A DNA stretch of 64,000 bases. Source: a virus. The notes beneath the pieces were generated by a model. The model had not been told where the DNA came from, searched no databases, and worked only from the letters and a program-made list of their open reading frames with translations. Shown piece after piece: positions 18,212-26,675 of this stretch. Location: the IMG/VR virus record IMGVR_UViG_3300032285_003287, positions 1 to 64,000 of that record. One strand, written 5' to 3'. Each line of letters opens with the position of its first letter. The stretch's first letter is position 1. Both the position numbers and the translations under genes were made by a program.

Positions 18212-18403
18212 ATGCACTATTGGCAAAACCCATCTATCACTAAAACTCAAACCTCACTACCCAAGTTTAGGGCAAAGCGTCCTAAGGGACTAACGGACGA
18301 GGAATGGGATGCGATTGTCGCAGAGGCGCGACTGAACAAGCAGTTGGTTCTGGATTGCGTCCCCAAGATCTCTAAAAAAGAGTTTGCGCCCAAGGACAAG
18401 TAG
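18212..18403 (+). CDS. hypothetical protein
   Basis: After TTGAAT-17-TAAAAT; 63 aa. Confidence 0.55.
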   Translation: MHYWQNPSITKTQTSLPKFRAKRPKGLTDEEWDAIVAEARLNKQLVLDCVPKISKKEFAPKDK

Positions 18404-18420
18404 TTGTAGTATGATACTAT

Positions 18421-18496
18421 GGCTGTGTAGTCCAACGGCAGAGACAAGCGACTTAAAATCGCTCCAGTATCGGTTCGAATCCGATCACAGCTACCA
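18421..18496 (+). tRNA. tRNA-Leu(TAA), short variable loop
   Basis: AGCGA-ctTAAaa-TCGCT; 5-nt variable loop; ACCA. Confidence 0.9.
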
Positions 18497-18508
18497 AATA
18501 TAAATTTC

Positions 18509-18581
18509 GCCCTTGTAGCTCAATGGTCAGAGCAGTCGGCTCATAACTGATTGGTTGGGGGTTCAAATCCCTCCGGGGGCA
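18509..18581 (+). tRNA. tRNA-CAT (Met or lysidine-type Ile2)
   Basis: GTCGG-ctCATaa-CTGAT; not initiator-like. Confidence 0.9.
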
Positions 18582-18585
18582 CTAT

Positions 18586-18661
18586 GCGTCGGTAGCTCAG
18601 TGGATAGAGCAGGAGTTTTCTAAACTCTTGGTCGCAGGTTCGATCCCTGCCCGATGCGCCA
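18586..18661 (+). tRNA. tRNA-Arg(TCT)
   Basis: GGAGT-ttTCTaa-ACTCT; GCCA end. Confidence 0.93.
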
Positions 18662-18666
18662 CTCTT

Positions 18667-18742
18667 GGAACCATAACTCAGCTGGTAGAGTATCGGACTT
18701 TTAATCCGTTAGTCGTGGGTTCGAGCCCCACTGGTTCCACCA
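18667..18742 (+). tRNA. tRNA-Lys(TTT)
   Basis: TCGGA-ctTTTaa-TCCGT; ACCA. Confidence 0.93.
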
Positions 18743-18743
18743 T

Positions 18744-18817
18744 GCGTCGTTAGCCAAGCGGTTAGGCGGAGGTCTGCAAAACCTCTTAGATTGGTTCGAC
18801 TCCAATACGGCGCTCCA
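18744..18817 (+). tRNA. tRNA-Cys(GCA)
   Basis: GAGGT-ctGCAaa-ACCTC; U73 + CCA. Confidence 0.93.
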
Positions 18818-18891
18818 TTTGCTTGATAACCAACCACTTACACGACCGGGCCCCGCCGGGCGGCGTAACCCGCTCACCACAAACGAGTTAC
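18815..18891. repeat. element B, copy 4 (double box, inverted core) at the transcription convergence point
   Basis: ccatttgcttgataaccaaccacttac-acga-CCGGGCCCCGCCGGG-cggc-gtaacccgctcaccacaaacgagttac. Confidence 0.85.
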
Positions 18892-18905
18892 GCCTATTCC
18901 CAACC

Positions 18906-19661
18906 CTATTTCTCTAACACAAAACTCCAGTAGCGGCTATCCGTGTAGCCTTGGTTGCGATCCCACCAGATGCAACGGGCAACATAGGAACTAACATTCC
19001 ACATTTTGCACATTTGAATCCAATGACGCTCCATAGCGTGATACTGCTTGCTATCCTTGGACTGATCCAACCCGAATAGCTGGAACAAGTGAGTGTCCAT
19101 ACAAGTAACTTCGGCAATAGAAGGATAAACCATCTCAAGTGAGAAGCTAACCTTTGCCATACCAAGGCCAAGAACATTCTTGACCAGACGATCACGAAAC
19201 TCTACCCAAGATTCGTCATCAGCTTTCTTGTAGAAATCAAGATTAGCCCAATAGTGTTCAGCAAACGCAGTAATGAATTTAGTACGATTTTTATGGAGGC
19301 CAGCACCACTCTCTACGATCCTACGCTCAAGCTCCTCTGGCTTATTGAGCCACTCCCACCAGTTACGGATCATTAGGTATCCGTTAATGTTGGAACGCCA
19401 TGAGGTATGAACGCTCATAAAGGCAAACAACCAACGCTGAAACACTTCGGACGCATTACGAGGAACAACGCTGTCCCAATACTCCGAATACTCCTTGATC
19501 TCGCTGTCTAAAATTGAATTAAAAAACTTATCTACTTTCGTAGTATTAAGGCTAGGGCGGCTAGTAGGGATGATATGATAAGCATTATCCCAGAATCTTG
19601 ATTGTTCTGTTGCATTGTTATTAGGAGTTGAGATTGCGTTGCCGATGAAGTCGAGTTGCAT
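18906..19661 (-). CDS. HhH-GPD superfamily DNA glycosylase-like protein
   Basis: RDRLVKNVLGLGMAKVSF (HhH) followed by VTCMDTHL, as in Ogg-type N-glycosylases. Confidence 0.65.
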   Translation of the reverse strand: MQLDFIGNAISTPNNNATEQSRFWDNAYHIIPTSRPSLNTTKVDKFFNSILDSEIKEYSEYWDSVVPRNASEVFQRWLFAFMSVHTSWRSNINGYLMIRNWWEWLNKPEELERRIVESGAGLHKNRTKFITAFAEHYWANLDFYKKADDESWVEFRDRLVKNVLGLGMAKVSFSLEMVYPSIAEVTCMDTHLFQLFGLDQSKDSKQYHAMERHWIQMCKMWNVSSYVARCIWWDRNQGYTDSRYWSFVLEK

Positions 19662-19736
19662 GGTGTTGTGGTGTTGTGGGTGAGATCCTATACTCGCATT
19701 TTTTGGTCTGCACTACAAGAACTATTTTTACAATTT

Positions 19737-19813
19737 GTAACCCCTTACATATCAATGACTTATGGCGCCGGGCGGGGAGAGCCTTTGTAACCCCTTAATT
19801 AAGAATGACTTAT
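19737..19813. repeat. element B, copy 5 (double box, degenerate core)
   Basis: gtaaccccttacatatcaatgacttat-ggcg-CCGGGCGGGGagagc-cttt-gtaaccccttaattaagaatgacttat. Confidence 0.85.
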
Positions 19814-20040
19814 AAAAAAGAGATCCCTGCTCCCCCGTCGGGGACTATCTCTATGAGATTCGGCATTTGCAACTGCACAGGGATTTAGTTGATGTTCCCC
19901 CCACCAACCAGAGGATCTATGTTTCCCCCATAGACAGAGGTTTGCTCTCTGCTTTTTTTCCCGTTGATCGTGCGGGATACCGACTTGAGACGGTTTGAGG
20001 ATTGCTCGTCGCATTTGCCCCCAAGTAGCATTACAACTTT
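19814..20040 (-). ncRNA. candidate structured non-coding RNA
   Basis: No credible ORF; string of hairpins on the minus strand ending in a stem + U-tract. Confidence 0.45.
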
Positions 20041-20613
20041 CTATACTTTGGCATAACTTTTCCAGATGGTCAAGTCTAAATCTGCAGGAGATAGCTCCCG
20101 CTTCCAAGCTTCAGTTAAAAAGAGTTGCTCAAGAAGACCATACTTCTTTTTAGATGGTGTAGTCTTTGGAGCATCGTAACCCTGCTCACGCAACCACTTT
20201 AGAATATGCGTGTCAAGAACCGCAACCTTAGCTTCTTTCCTAGAGTGTAGAATAAAGAACCTTGCAGTCTTGGGGCCAATACCTTTAACGGACTCCAAAT
20301 CTTGTACGGTTATGGTCTTGAGCTTATAAGCAAAATCAACAATACCTTGAAATGCAGTCTTTAGCCTATTGTATTGACCTAGCTTGTGCCGCTTCATTTC
20401 TGTCATTAAAGCATTATCAATTAGTAATGCATTAATATATTCAAATGGTGAGTGATTGCTATAACCCCTGTCTATTTTTGTGGACAAAAACTCTTCTAGC
20501 TTCTGCGCTTGAGTCTTTGCGGTCTTGCCAGCAACAAGGATGGCAAACATAAGAAACTCTTCTAATTCTGATTCGGTACGATTGAAGTCGGTAATCTTTT
20601 CTGGAACGATCAT
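20041..20613 (-). CDS. HhH-GPD superfamily (Ogg-like) DNA glycosylase/lyase
   Basis: LESVKGIGPKTARFF (HhH with catalytic-position Lys), VAVLDTHILKWL, DLDLTIW. Confidence 0.8.
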   Translation of the reverse strand: MIVPEKITDFNRTESELEEFLMFAILVAGKTAKTQAQKLEEFLSTKIDRGYSNHSPFEYINALLIDNALMTEMKRHKLGQYNRLKTAFQGIVDFAYKLKTITVQDLESVKGIGPKTARFFILHSRKEAKVAVLDTHILKWLREQGYDAPKTTPSKKKYGLLEQLFLTEAWKRELSPADLDLTIWKSYAKV

Positions 20614-20679
20614 GGTGTAGTGTGGTTAAGGTTTATGGGCGCAGGGCATCGAGAGCTACTTCCGCTAACCCTATAAAAT

Positions 20680-20835
20680 TTATTGTTTGATAAGATACTG
20701 GTAGAATCGACCCTGACGCTTGAGTTGCTGAAGGTAATTCTCATGCGTGACATCATGCATATGCATAAGCAACAGAGAAGGCTTGCGATACTCGAATCCG
20801 AGTAGGTTTAGGATGATGGTGATAGGGTCTTTCAT
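20680..20835 (-). CDS. hypothetical protein (51 aa)
   Basis: MKDPITIILNLLGFEYRKP...; TTGACA promoter just upstream. Confidence 0.5.
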   Translation of the reverse strand: MKDPITIILNLLGFEYRKPSLLLMHMHDVTHENYLQQLKRQGRFYQYLIKQ

Positions 20836-20870
20836 TTTTATAGTTTATTCTTTTTTGCCATGCGTGTCAA

Positions 20871-21083
20871 CTACATCACACAATTATTTTCACTGATAAG
20901 TTCCCAAAGTTTCTCTTGAGCCATTTCCATACCCTTAATAGAGTCATAGTCATCAGAGTGTTTTATATGTTGTCTCATATAATGCTCCATATTCGTTACG
21001 ACTATCTTCCAATCCAGTCCCTTGCAGGACGCTTCAAATAGATCTTGTTCTTCGGGTAGGGTGAATTTTAAAATTGCTTCCAT
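20871..21083 (-). CDS. conserved hypothetical phage protein
   Basis: MEAILKFTLPEEQDLFE...G.DWK; start at 21083 preferred. Confidence 0.7.
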   Translation of the reverse strand: MEAILKFTLPEEQDLFEASCKGLDWKIVVTNMEHYMRQHIKHSDDYDSIKGMEMAQEKLWELISENNCVM

Positions 21084-21314
21084 GGTCTGCCATTTATAAA
21101 ACAACTTGAGCAAATAGTCAATGCGTATTTGCTACCGAGATTTTTAGTAAATAGGCTCGGGATTTACGCCCGATATCCCCCTAAATAGCAATTTCTGGGT
21201 ATCCCTGTCCCCTAACATCAGAAACTAATATCGTTTCTGTGCTACTAACTTGATGGATTGTTTGTATTTCCACTATTATTAGTATACTACTATTTGGGAT
21301 GCTTGTCAAGCACT

Positions 21315-21360
21315 GTATCTTGTTGATAATCAGGCACTTACGCGACCGGGCCCCGCCCGG
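21315..21360. repeat. element B, copy 6 (inverted)
   Basis: gtatcttgttgataatcaggcacttac-gcga-CCGGGCCCCGCCCGG. Confidence 0.9.
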
Positions 21361-21447
21361 CCTGCCTTGTATTACATTACCATATTCCCCGAATACAATG
21401 ACAGGCGACGAGACCCAAGAACAGAAGTATTACAATGTATCGGTTCT

Positions 21448-21657
21448 TCATACAGCGTCCTCCGATCCGCCGAAGAGCTGATCCCACTCCTCGCCTGTGA
21501 TGCCGGTCTTGTAGAACTCGCGCTCGTCGGCGTTGAGGTTGGGGAACGCGTTCTGGAGAAGCGCGCCGTTGGCGTAGGCCTCGACTTGGGCCTCGGTAAT
21601 GTTGAGGTCGAGGGTGCGGGTGATCTTACTGAAAGGTGAGGTACGGGTTACTTTCAT
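21448..21657 (-). CDS. conserved hypothetical phage protein
   Basis: RTSPFS...LLQNAFPNLNADEREFYKTGITGEEWD; leaderless promoter upstream. Confidence 0.8.
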   Translation of the reverse strand: MKVTRTSPFSKITRTLDLNITEAQVEAYANGALLQNAFPNLNADEREFYKTGITGEEWDQLFGGSEDAV

Positions 21658-21763
21658 ATGATCATCATACTACAATTTGCCCATATCACAACAAAAATCT
21701 TCTATGAATAAAAATTTATTTTTAATAAAAAGCTTGACACATCTCTTGTCTTACTATACAATA

Positions 21764-21809
21764 CCGGGCGGGGCCCGGCGCTGTAAGTCCTTGATCTTCA
21801 ACCACTTAG
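21764..21809. repeat. element B, copy 7, behind a plus-strand sigma70 promoter
   Basis: TTGACA(21734)-17-TACAAT, then CCGGGCGGGGCCCGG-cgct-gtaagtccttgatcttcaaccacttag. Confidence 0.9.
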
Positions 21810-21851
21810 GGAGGCGGCCCAATTGCCGCCCCCCTATGTTAGTTGCCGATG

Positions 21852-22652
21852 TTAGGCAGTCACGATCACTGCCTCGGCCTCCTCCGCCTGTGCCTCGACC
21901 GCTTGCTGGGCCGCGATGCCTGCCAGAGGATCAAGCAGGGCGTGGAGAGCGTCCGACCGACGAGGCAATGCCATTGCATTACCGCGCAGGACATTGGTGA
22001 AGGCGTTATGCAGGCCCCAGAGGTTGCGCTCGGAACCCCAAACATCGTGTTCGGGTTCGTGCCACTGGGACACCACATCGGCGAGCGCAGTCTTGGAGAC
22101 CGCGCCGCAACGATAGGCCTTCACGATCAGATCGTGAGCGTCCCTGTCCGCAATCGTGCAGGACTGGTAGGCCTCGACGCGCTTGGCGTGATTGCCCCAT
22201 GCGCTGGTGAGCTTACCGAACGCGCCAGCGAGGAGCATCGGAAGATCGCGCAGGATGAACTTTGTGTGACGACGAGCGATCTTGATCTCGTTGTGGAAGG
22301 CGAGGTTGTCGCAGACGAAAGGCGCGGAGCCAGCGTTGATGCCAGCAGGGAACGACTTGTCGTGCGAGTTACGCAGACCAATCACAGTTCCAACAGTCTC
22401 GGCAAGCGAGAAGTTCTTGAGGCCTCCGACCTGAAACAGGCCAAAGTACCGCTGACCATCACGAGCGAGAGCGTGACGCTCCTGCACGATTTCGAGGCCA
22501 GCAGTGTTGACGACTTCGCGCAGGCCTTCGACCAAGCGCGAGTGAGGGATCGGATGCCACGAATCAGTGGAGTTCGGGGTGATGGAGTTGGCGACCTGCT
22601 CCGTGGAGACTTCGTGACCGCCGCAGTGTAGTGTGAGGTTCAGTGTTTTCAT
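21852..22652 (-). CDS. DUF932 family protein
   Basis: WHPIPH...IGLRNSHDKSF..G...FVCDNLAF...RRHT...NLWGLHNAFT. Confidence 0.85.
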   Translation of the reverse strand: MKTLNLTLHCGGHEVSTEQVANSITPNSTDSWHPIPHSRLVEGLREVVNTAGLEIVQERHALARDGQRYFGLFQVGGLKNFSLAETVGTVIGLRNSHDKSFPAGINAGSAPFVCDNLAFHNEIKIARRHTKFILRDLPMLLAGAFGKLTSAWGNHAKRVEAYQSCTIADRDAHDLIVKAYRCGAVSKTALADVVSQWHEPEHDVWGSERNLWGLHNAFTNVLRGNAMALPRRSDALHALLDPLAGIAAQQAVEAQAEEAEAVIVTA

Positions 22653-22735
22653 GACTCTCTGATCATCCTACTTTTTGGCGTTCGGTACAATACCTTTTTC
22701 ACAATTTTTTGCGATTTCTTTTTGTGCGATTTCTG

Positions 22736-22894
22736 TTGACAGTCCGTAGAGCTAGTGTTTACGCGGCTCCATGGCGACCTTTGTCTACAGCCTACCCCCT
22801 ACCTACAGAGCCAGTATCTATGCGGGTCTACAGCGTAAGACAAACCGACCGGGCGGGGCCCGGCTGCGTAAGTCGCTGATATTCAACAACTTAT
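22736..22894. repeat. extended element B, copy 8 (TTGACA + two C boxes + core + box)
   Basis: C boxes at 22746 and 22805, core 22849-22863, box 22868-22894. Confidence 0.9.
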
Positions 22895-23017
22895 GCAGAT
22901 CCGGTACTGTAATGTTAAGTTATCGCATTTTCGTTTGTTTTTTTTATTTGTTTTTATTGAAGTGAATTGCAAGCGCTACTAACAAGCATATTAGTATGAA
23001 GGTCATGGCGCACGATG

Positions 23018-23701
23018 TTAAGCGGTTGCGATAACAAAGCCGGAATCGTCCTTTTTTCCTTTGCCCTTGGCAACGAGGCCGACGATCACGCCTTTCGGGT
23101 CGAGGAATCGGAGATCCGTTTCGTCACCATTCACGACAGGCTTGCCGAGATAGGTTTCGGGAAGTTTGCCAGCAAACACGGCGGCGATGTTTCCCGTTGT
23201 CTTGGCGAATAGTTCGACAAGGTGTTGATTGTTCTCCTTGCGTGAGAAAGTCAGGTGATAGTTTTCGGGAAGCTCGCCGTTAATGAAAGCAATCATGCGC
23301 TTGGGATTTGGCGTGTAGTCATAAAAGGTGACTTCAGGAAAAGCCCTCATGTCGATCAGATTTTCCCACGGCAGATCGGAGAGGACATTCAACCGCACGG
23401 CAAGTTTCATGCTTTTCTTTTTCGCGTTCTTAATGGCAAGAGAGAGTTCCTTTTTAAGTTGGGCAAGGAAAGCGTCTTTCTGTTCTATGAAGTAACGGGA
23501 TTTTTTGAATCGTGCCTCTTGAACATTAGAAAACGCGCCCATGCCCGAAGTGTTGAGACAAGCGGCGGCGCAACCTTCCGAAGCGTGAGAGCAAAAGTTT
23601 TTTCCCGAAAGATTGTAGGGAATGAGAGACAGGCCAAGCGTGAGCCAACCGAGTTTTTCGCCTTTGCGGATTTTTGTGTTGTTTGGTGATAGGAGTTTCA
23701 T
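23018..23701 (-). CDS. Gp88-like protein (radical-SAM-like cysteine cluster)
   Basis: NFCSHASEGCAAACLNTSGMG, VRLNVLSD, FYDYT, NYHLTFS, GDETDLRFLDP...GLVAKG. Confidence 0.85.
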   Translation of the reverse strand: MKLLSPNNTKIRKGEKLGWLTLGLSLIPYNLSGKNFCSHASEGCAAACLNTSGMGAFSNVQEARFKKSRYFIEQKDAFLAQLKKELSLAIKNAKKKSMKLAVRLNVLSDLPWENLIDMRAFPEVTFYDYTPNPKRMIAFINGELPENYHLTFSRKENNQHLVELFAKTTGNIAAVFAGKLPETYLGKPVVNGDETDLRFLDPKGVIVGLVAKGKGKKDDSGFVIATA

Positions 23702-23742
23702 GGTTCTATGATTTTGATTATTTTTTGCCGTAGTGTCAACGA

Positions 23743-24249
23743 TCAATTTTCTGGATCCCAATCAGAGGATCCTTCACGGACAGCCATGCCAGCAGGTTCC
23801 GTATCCGTTGCCCAACCCATAAAGTTTTCGCGTGTGATTGCGTCGAGCGTGTCCTGTGCCGCTTGCAGGGCATCAGTCTTGAACTTTTCCGACTTGCCTT
23901 TGTATTGCTTGCTGATCGGAGAATCTTGCCAGAGGCGAATGTTTTCCCATGTAAGACCACGGATGATGTCGGCTTCTGTCGTGAGAAAGTATGCAAAGCT
24001 CTCTCCGATGTAGTGAAGGAACCCATCACCAAGCGTTTGTCCGTTGCTCACCCATCCTCCCTCGTCGTCAATGTTGCTTGTGACATTTGCGCCAGCGATG
24101 CCGAGATTAAAGTAGCGGTTGAAAGATCGTTCAATCTGTGCGCGAGTGCCAGAGAGTCCGAAGGCAAGGCCGTTGCCGTATGAGCTAATGACTTCAGAGG
24201 CGAAGGCGTTGGAGGCGGTGCTAGTGGTTTGGGTTGTGTTGTTTGTCAT
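23743..24249 (-). CDS. hypothetical protein
   Basis: Leaderless-type promoter upstream; TGA stop fused to the next -35 (TGAtcgTTGACA). Confidence 0.75.
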   Translation of the reverse strand: MTNNTTQTTSTASNAFASEVISSYGNGLAFGLSGTRAQIERSFNRYFNLGIAGANVTSNIDDEGGWVSNGQTLGDGFLHYIGESFAYFLTTEADIIRGLTWENIRLWQDSPISKQYKGKSEKFKTDALQAAQDTLDAITRENFMGWATDTEPAGMAVREGSSDWDPEN

Positions 24250-24327
24250 GGTTCAAAACTATCCGATGCCGTCACGAATTGCGAGAAGTTTTTTTCGTTT
24301 GGGCAAAACTTTTTTATGAGAAACTTG

Positions 24328-24486
24328 TTGACAGCCTGCAGGCCCAGTATTTATGCGGCTCCGCGGGCTAGTTCGTCTAGAGCCGGTAGGGTAGCCGCAG
24401 AGCCAGTATTTATCAGCCTTCGACATTGTATGACAACTCGCCGGGCGGGGCCCGGTGCTGTAAGTCGTTGATTTGTAGTGACTTAG
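24328..24486. repeat. extended element B, copy 9
   Basis: C boxes at 24338 and 24397, core 24441-24455, box 24460-24486 (contains the stop of 24483-24914). Confidence 0.9.
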
Positions 24487-24914
24487 AACGATTGAGTCTC
24501 TCGGAGGTATGTTAGGCGGTTATTTGTCATTAAGTAGACCTCTTCTAGCCTCTGAAGTGGACGATTTAATCCTAGGTCGTGAATTGATCCGTTTATGATA
24601 GCAAAAGCGTGTTTATTAGTTGCGACATAGTAGCGACCAGTTGGGTTCTCTTTAATGAACCTCTGAATCGTGATACTTTTGTAACGCTTTTTCTTGTATG
24701 TTATGCCATATTCCTTTTTAGCATATTTAAGTAATTTTTTTGGATCAAATCCATGACCATTTTTTCTACCAGCTTCGCGGCCTATCTTGTGGGCATACTC
24801 GTAAGGTATGCCAGCACTTGTCGCCAAGGCTCGGATTGTGCAGTCTCTTTGCTCGGCAATTCCAGACTTGAACCTTCCAGAGTCGGAGCAGATTGTTCGT
24901 GATTTTAAATCCAT
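24483..24914 (-). CDS. putative papain-like (C39-like) cysteine protease-fold protein
   Basis: RDCTIRALA...HAFAIING..HD (Cys/His/Asp spacing). Confidence 0.55.
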   Translation of the reverse strand: MDLKSRTICSDSGRFKSGIAEQRDCTIRALATSAGIPYEYAHKIGREAGRKNGHGFDPKKLLKYAKKEYGITYKKKRYKSITIQRFIKENPTGRYYVATNKHAFAIINGSIHDLGLNRPLQRLEEVYLMTNNRLTYLRETQSF

Positions 24915-25061
24915 TTTTAGAAAGTTGGAGCCCTCCTGAGTGTTTTACGACTTCCTTTTAACTCAGACCTCCAGTGTAGTCGAGAGGCCAGCGGGACTTT
25001 GCTGGTTTGGCGTTGGTGCGTTCCCTATTGCGGGCTTCGTACACCTTTATCACCAAAGATT

Positions 25062-25328
25062 TTAGGCGATCAGTTCAAACCTAACGATGCGATCCAAGCG
25101 GAACCTGCGGATGTCATCCACGGCAGGGACATAGCAGGTGATTCCCTCGCCAGCGGGATTCTTCGTGCCACGATCCTCCTTGTAGAAGAACTTGGCAAAC
25201 GGACGAGACACCTGATACTCTTTCGGCTCAAAGCGGTTAGACTCTGCCTTGTAGACGATCTTGTAGGTATTGAGAAGGCCCAGCTTGTAGGCGATTTTCG
25301 TGAAGAACAGGTTAAGGTTGGTTTTCAT
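25062..25328 (-). CDS. hypothetical protein (SH3/WYL-like C-terminus)
   Basis: DIRRFRLDRIVRF; CAA-rich leader. Confidence 0.7.
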   Translation of the reverse strand: MKTNLNLFFTKIAYKLGLLNTYKIVYKAESNRFEPKEYQVSRPFAKFFYKEDRGTKNPAGEGITCYVPAVDDIRRFRLDRIVRFELIA

Positions 25329-25397
25329 TGTTTTTGTGTTTTGGGTTTGTTGTTGTTGTTTAGTGTGATTCTATTTTTACAATTTTTGGGCAAGATG

Positions 25398-25607
25398 TCA
25401 ATAGTCGATTTTGATATTTTTTGCCGCCCTGTATGCCGAGATCATTTCACCGATGCGGTTGCGGCTCATCTTTGTCATGCCGCTAGTGATTCCCCAGTAG
25501 CGTTTGGTTTCCTTGTGTGCTTTAATCTCTCCCTGAATGGCAAGGATCAGATAGGTGCGAATGTTGCAGACATTGGTGAAGTTCAGTGTGGTGTTCTTAT
25601 TTTTCAT
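25398..25607 (-). CDS. hypothetical protein
   Basis: MKNKNTTLNF...; own TTGACG promoter. Confidence 0.6.
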   Translation of the reverse strand: MKNKNTTLNFTNVCNIRTYLILAIQGEIKAHKETKRYWGITSGMTKMSRNRIGEMISAYRAAKNIKIDY

Positions 25608-25651
25608 GGTATGATTATGAGGGTTAAGGGTTGATTTGTAAAGCGTCAAAA

Positions 25652-25786
25652 TTACTTTTCGGTAACTTTTTTCTGTGCTTGTTTCCAAGCATTCCAGCGA
25701 GCTTTGCGGGAAGCCCATTTTTGAGCTTCACGATTGTAACGAGCGATCTCCCACTCTTGGGAGGTTTGAGTATTCTTATTGTTCAT
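25652..25786 (-). CDS. hypothetical protein (44 aa)
   Basis: MNNKNTQTSQEWEIARYNREAQKWASRKARWNAWKQAQKKVTEK. Confidence 0.5.
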   Translation of the reverse strand: MNNKNTQTSQEWEIARYNREAQKWASRKARWNAWKQAQKKVTEK

Positions 25787-25864
25787 GCTGTAAGCGTATC
25801 ATGGACGCACAAAAAAATCGAGAAAAAAATGCGGCTAGGTGAAACTTTTTTTTAACGAAAAGTG

Positions 25865-26022
25865 TTGACAGCTGCAGGGCTAGTGTTTATGCGGGTCTAC
25901 GGGCTACTTCGTCTAGAGGCCACAGGGTAGCTCTAGAGGCCCATACAATGCGGATCCGCAAGGGGCGACCGACTGACCGGGCGGGGCCCGGCTCTGTAAG
26001 TCGTTGATTAGTAGGCTTTTAT
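25865..26022. repeat. extended element B, copy 10
   Basis: C boxes at 25874 and 25933, core 25977-25991, box 25996-26022 (contains the last codons and stop of 26008-26265). Confidence 0.9.
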
Positions 26023-26265
26023 GAAGATTGGAGTGTATTCGCCCATGTACGCGCCCTCGATGTTAAATTCAAAGTATTCCCATGCTTCTTCTTCATTCAT
26101 TCCTTGGGATATTAGCTTTTTGATTATTTTATTGACATCATATGCCAGCACACGATTGAGACCACAGCGATAGGCTGTGCCGATAATCGCCTTATCAAAC
26201 CCATCAACCTTAAGTGCGTCTGGATCAACAGAGTCCAGCACTTGCTTTAAGATATCAGCTCTCAT
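26008..26265 (-). CDS. conserved hypothetical phage protein
   Basis: DGFDKAIIG...AYD...EEAWEYFEFNIEGAYMGEYTPIF. Confidence 0.85.
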   Translation of the reverse strand: MRADILKQVLDSVDPDALKVDGFDKAIIGTAYRCGLNRVLAYDVNKIIKKLISQGMNEEEAWEYFEFNIEGAYMGEYTPIFIKAY

Positions 26266-26419
26266 AGTCACCTCCGATATCAAAGCGGTCTTCGTATTGC
26301 TGTTCTAGGTAGCGGTCGGGCTGGATTTCATCCATGTCCCTAGGGGTGTGACCTAGCTCATGCTCGTCGTTGTAGATTTCGGGCTGGTTTTCGTCTTCGG
26401 GGTCTGTGATGGTGAGCAT
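26255..26419 (-). CDS. small acidic protein
   Basis: MLTITDPEDENQPEIYNDE...LEQQYEDRFD. Confidence 0.6.
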   Translation of the reverse strand: MLTITDPEDENQPEIYNDEHELGHTPRDMDEIQPDRYLEQQYEDRFDIGGDYES

Positions 26420-26450
26420 AATCTGATTAAAAGATTTTTTGGTTATGGTG

Positions 26451-26675
26451 TCAAGCACCGATAGTTTCACGAAACACTTGAAAGCCACGAACGATATGCG
26501 AGATATCACCAGTAGCGTTGCAGAGTGCATCTGCGATACTGATCGCGCAGTCGCGCTCAAGCTGAAGCTGAAGCAACTTCTTCATTACCTCCCTCGGAGG
26601 CATACCGGCAGTATGCTCCTCAAGAGCGTTAAGCATCAGATCAAAGTCTGCTTTGGTGAATTGTTTCTTAATCAT
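26451..26675 (-). CDS. hypothetical protein
   Basis: TAATG overlap with the upstream gene. Confidence 0.6.
   Translation of the reverse strand: MIKKQFTKADFDLMLNALEEHTAGMPPREVMKKLLQLQLERDCAISIADALCNATGDISHIVRGFQVFRETIGA

Noticed and set aside
21843-22631. 262-aa plus-strand ORF and similar antisense ORFs (23255-23689, 24999-25634, 46262-46777, 49555-50163, and minus ORFs within the TMP)
   Set aside because: Shadows of recognisable genes on the opposite strand, with no motifs of their own
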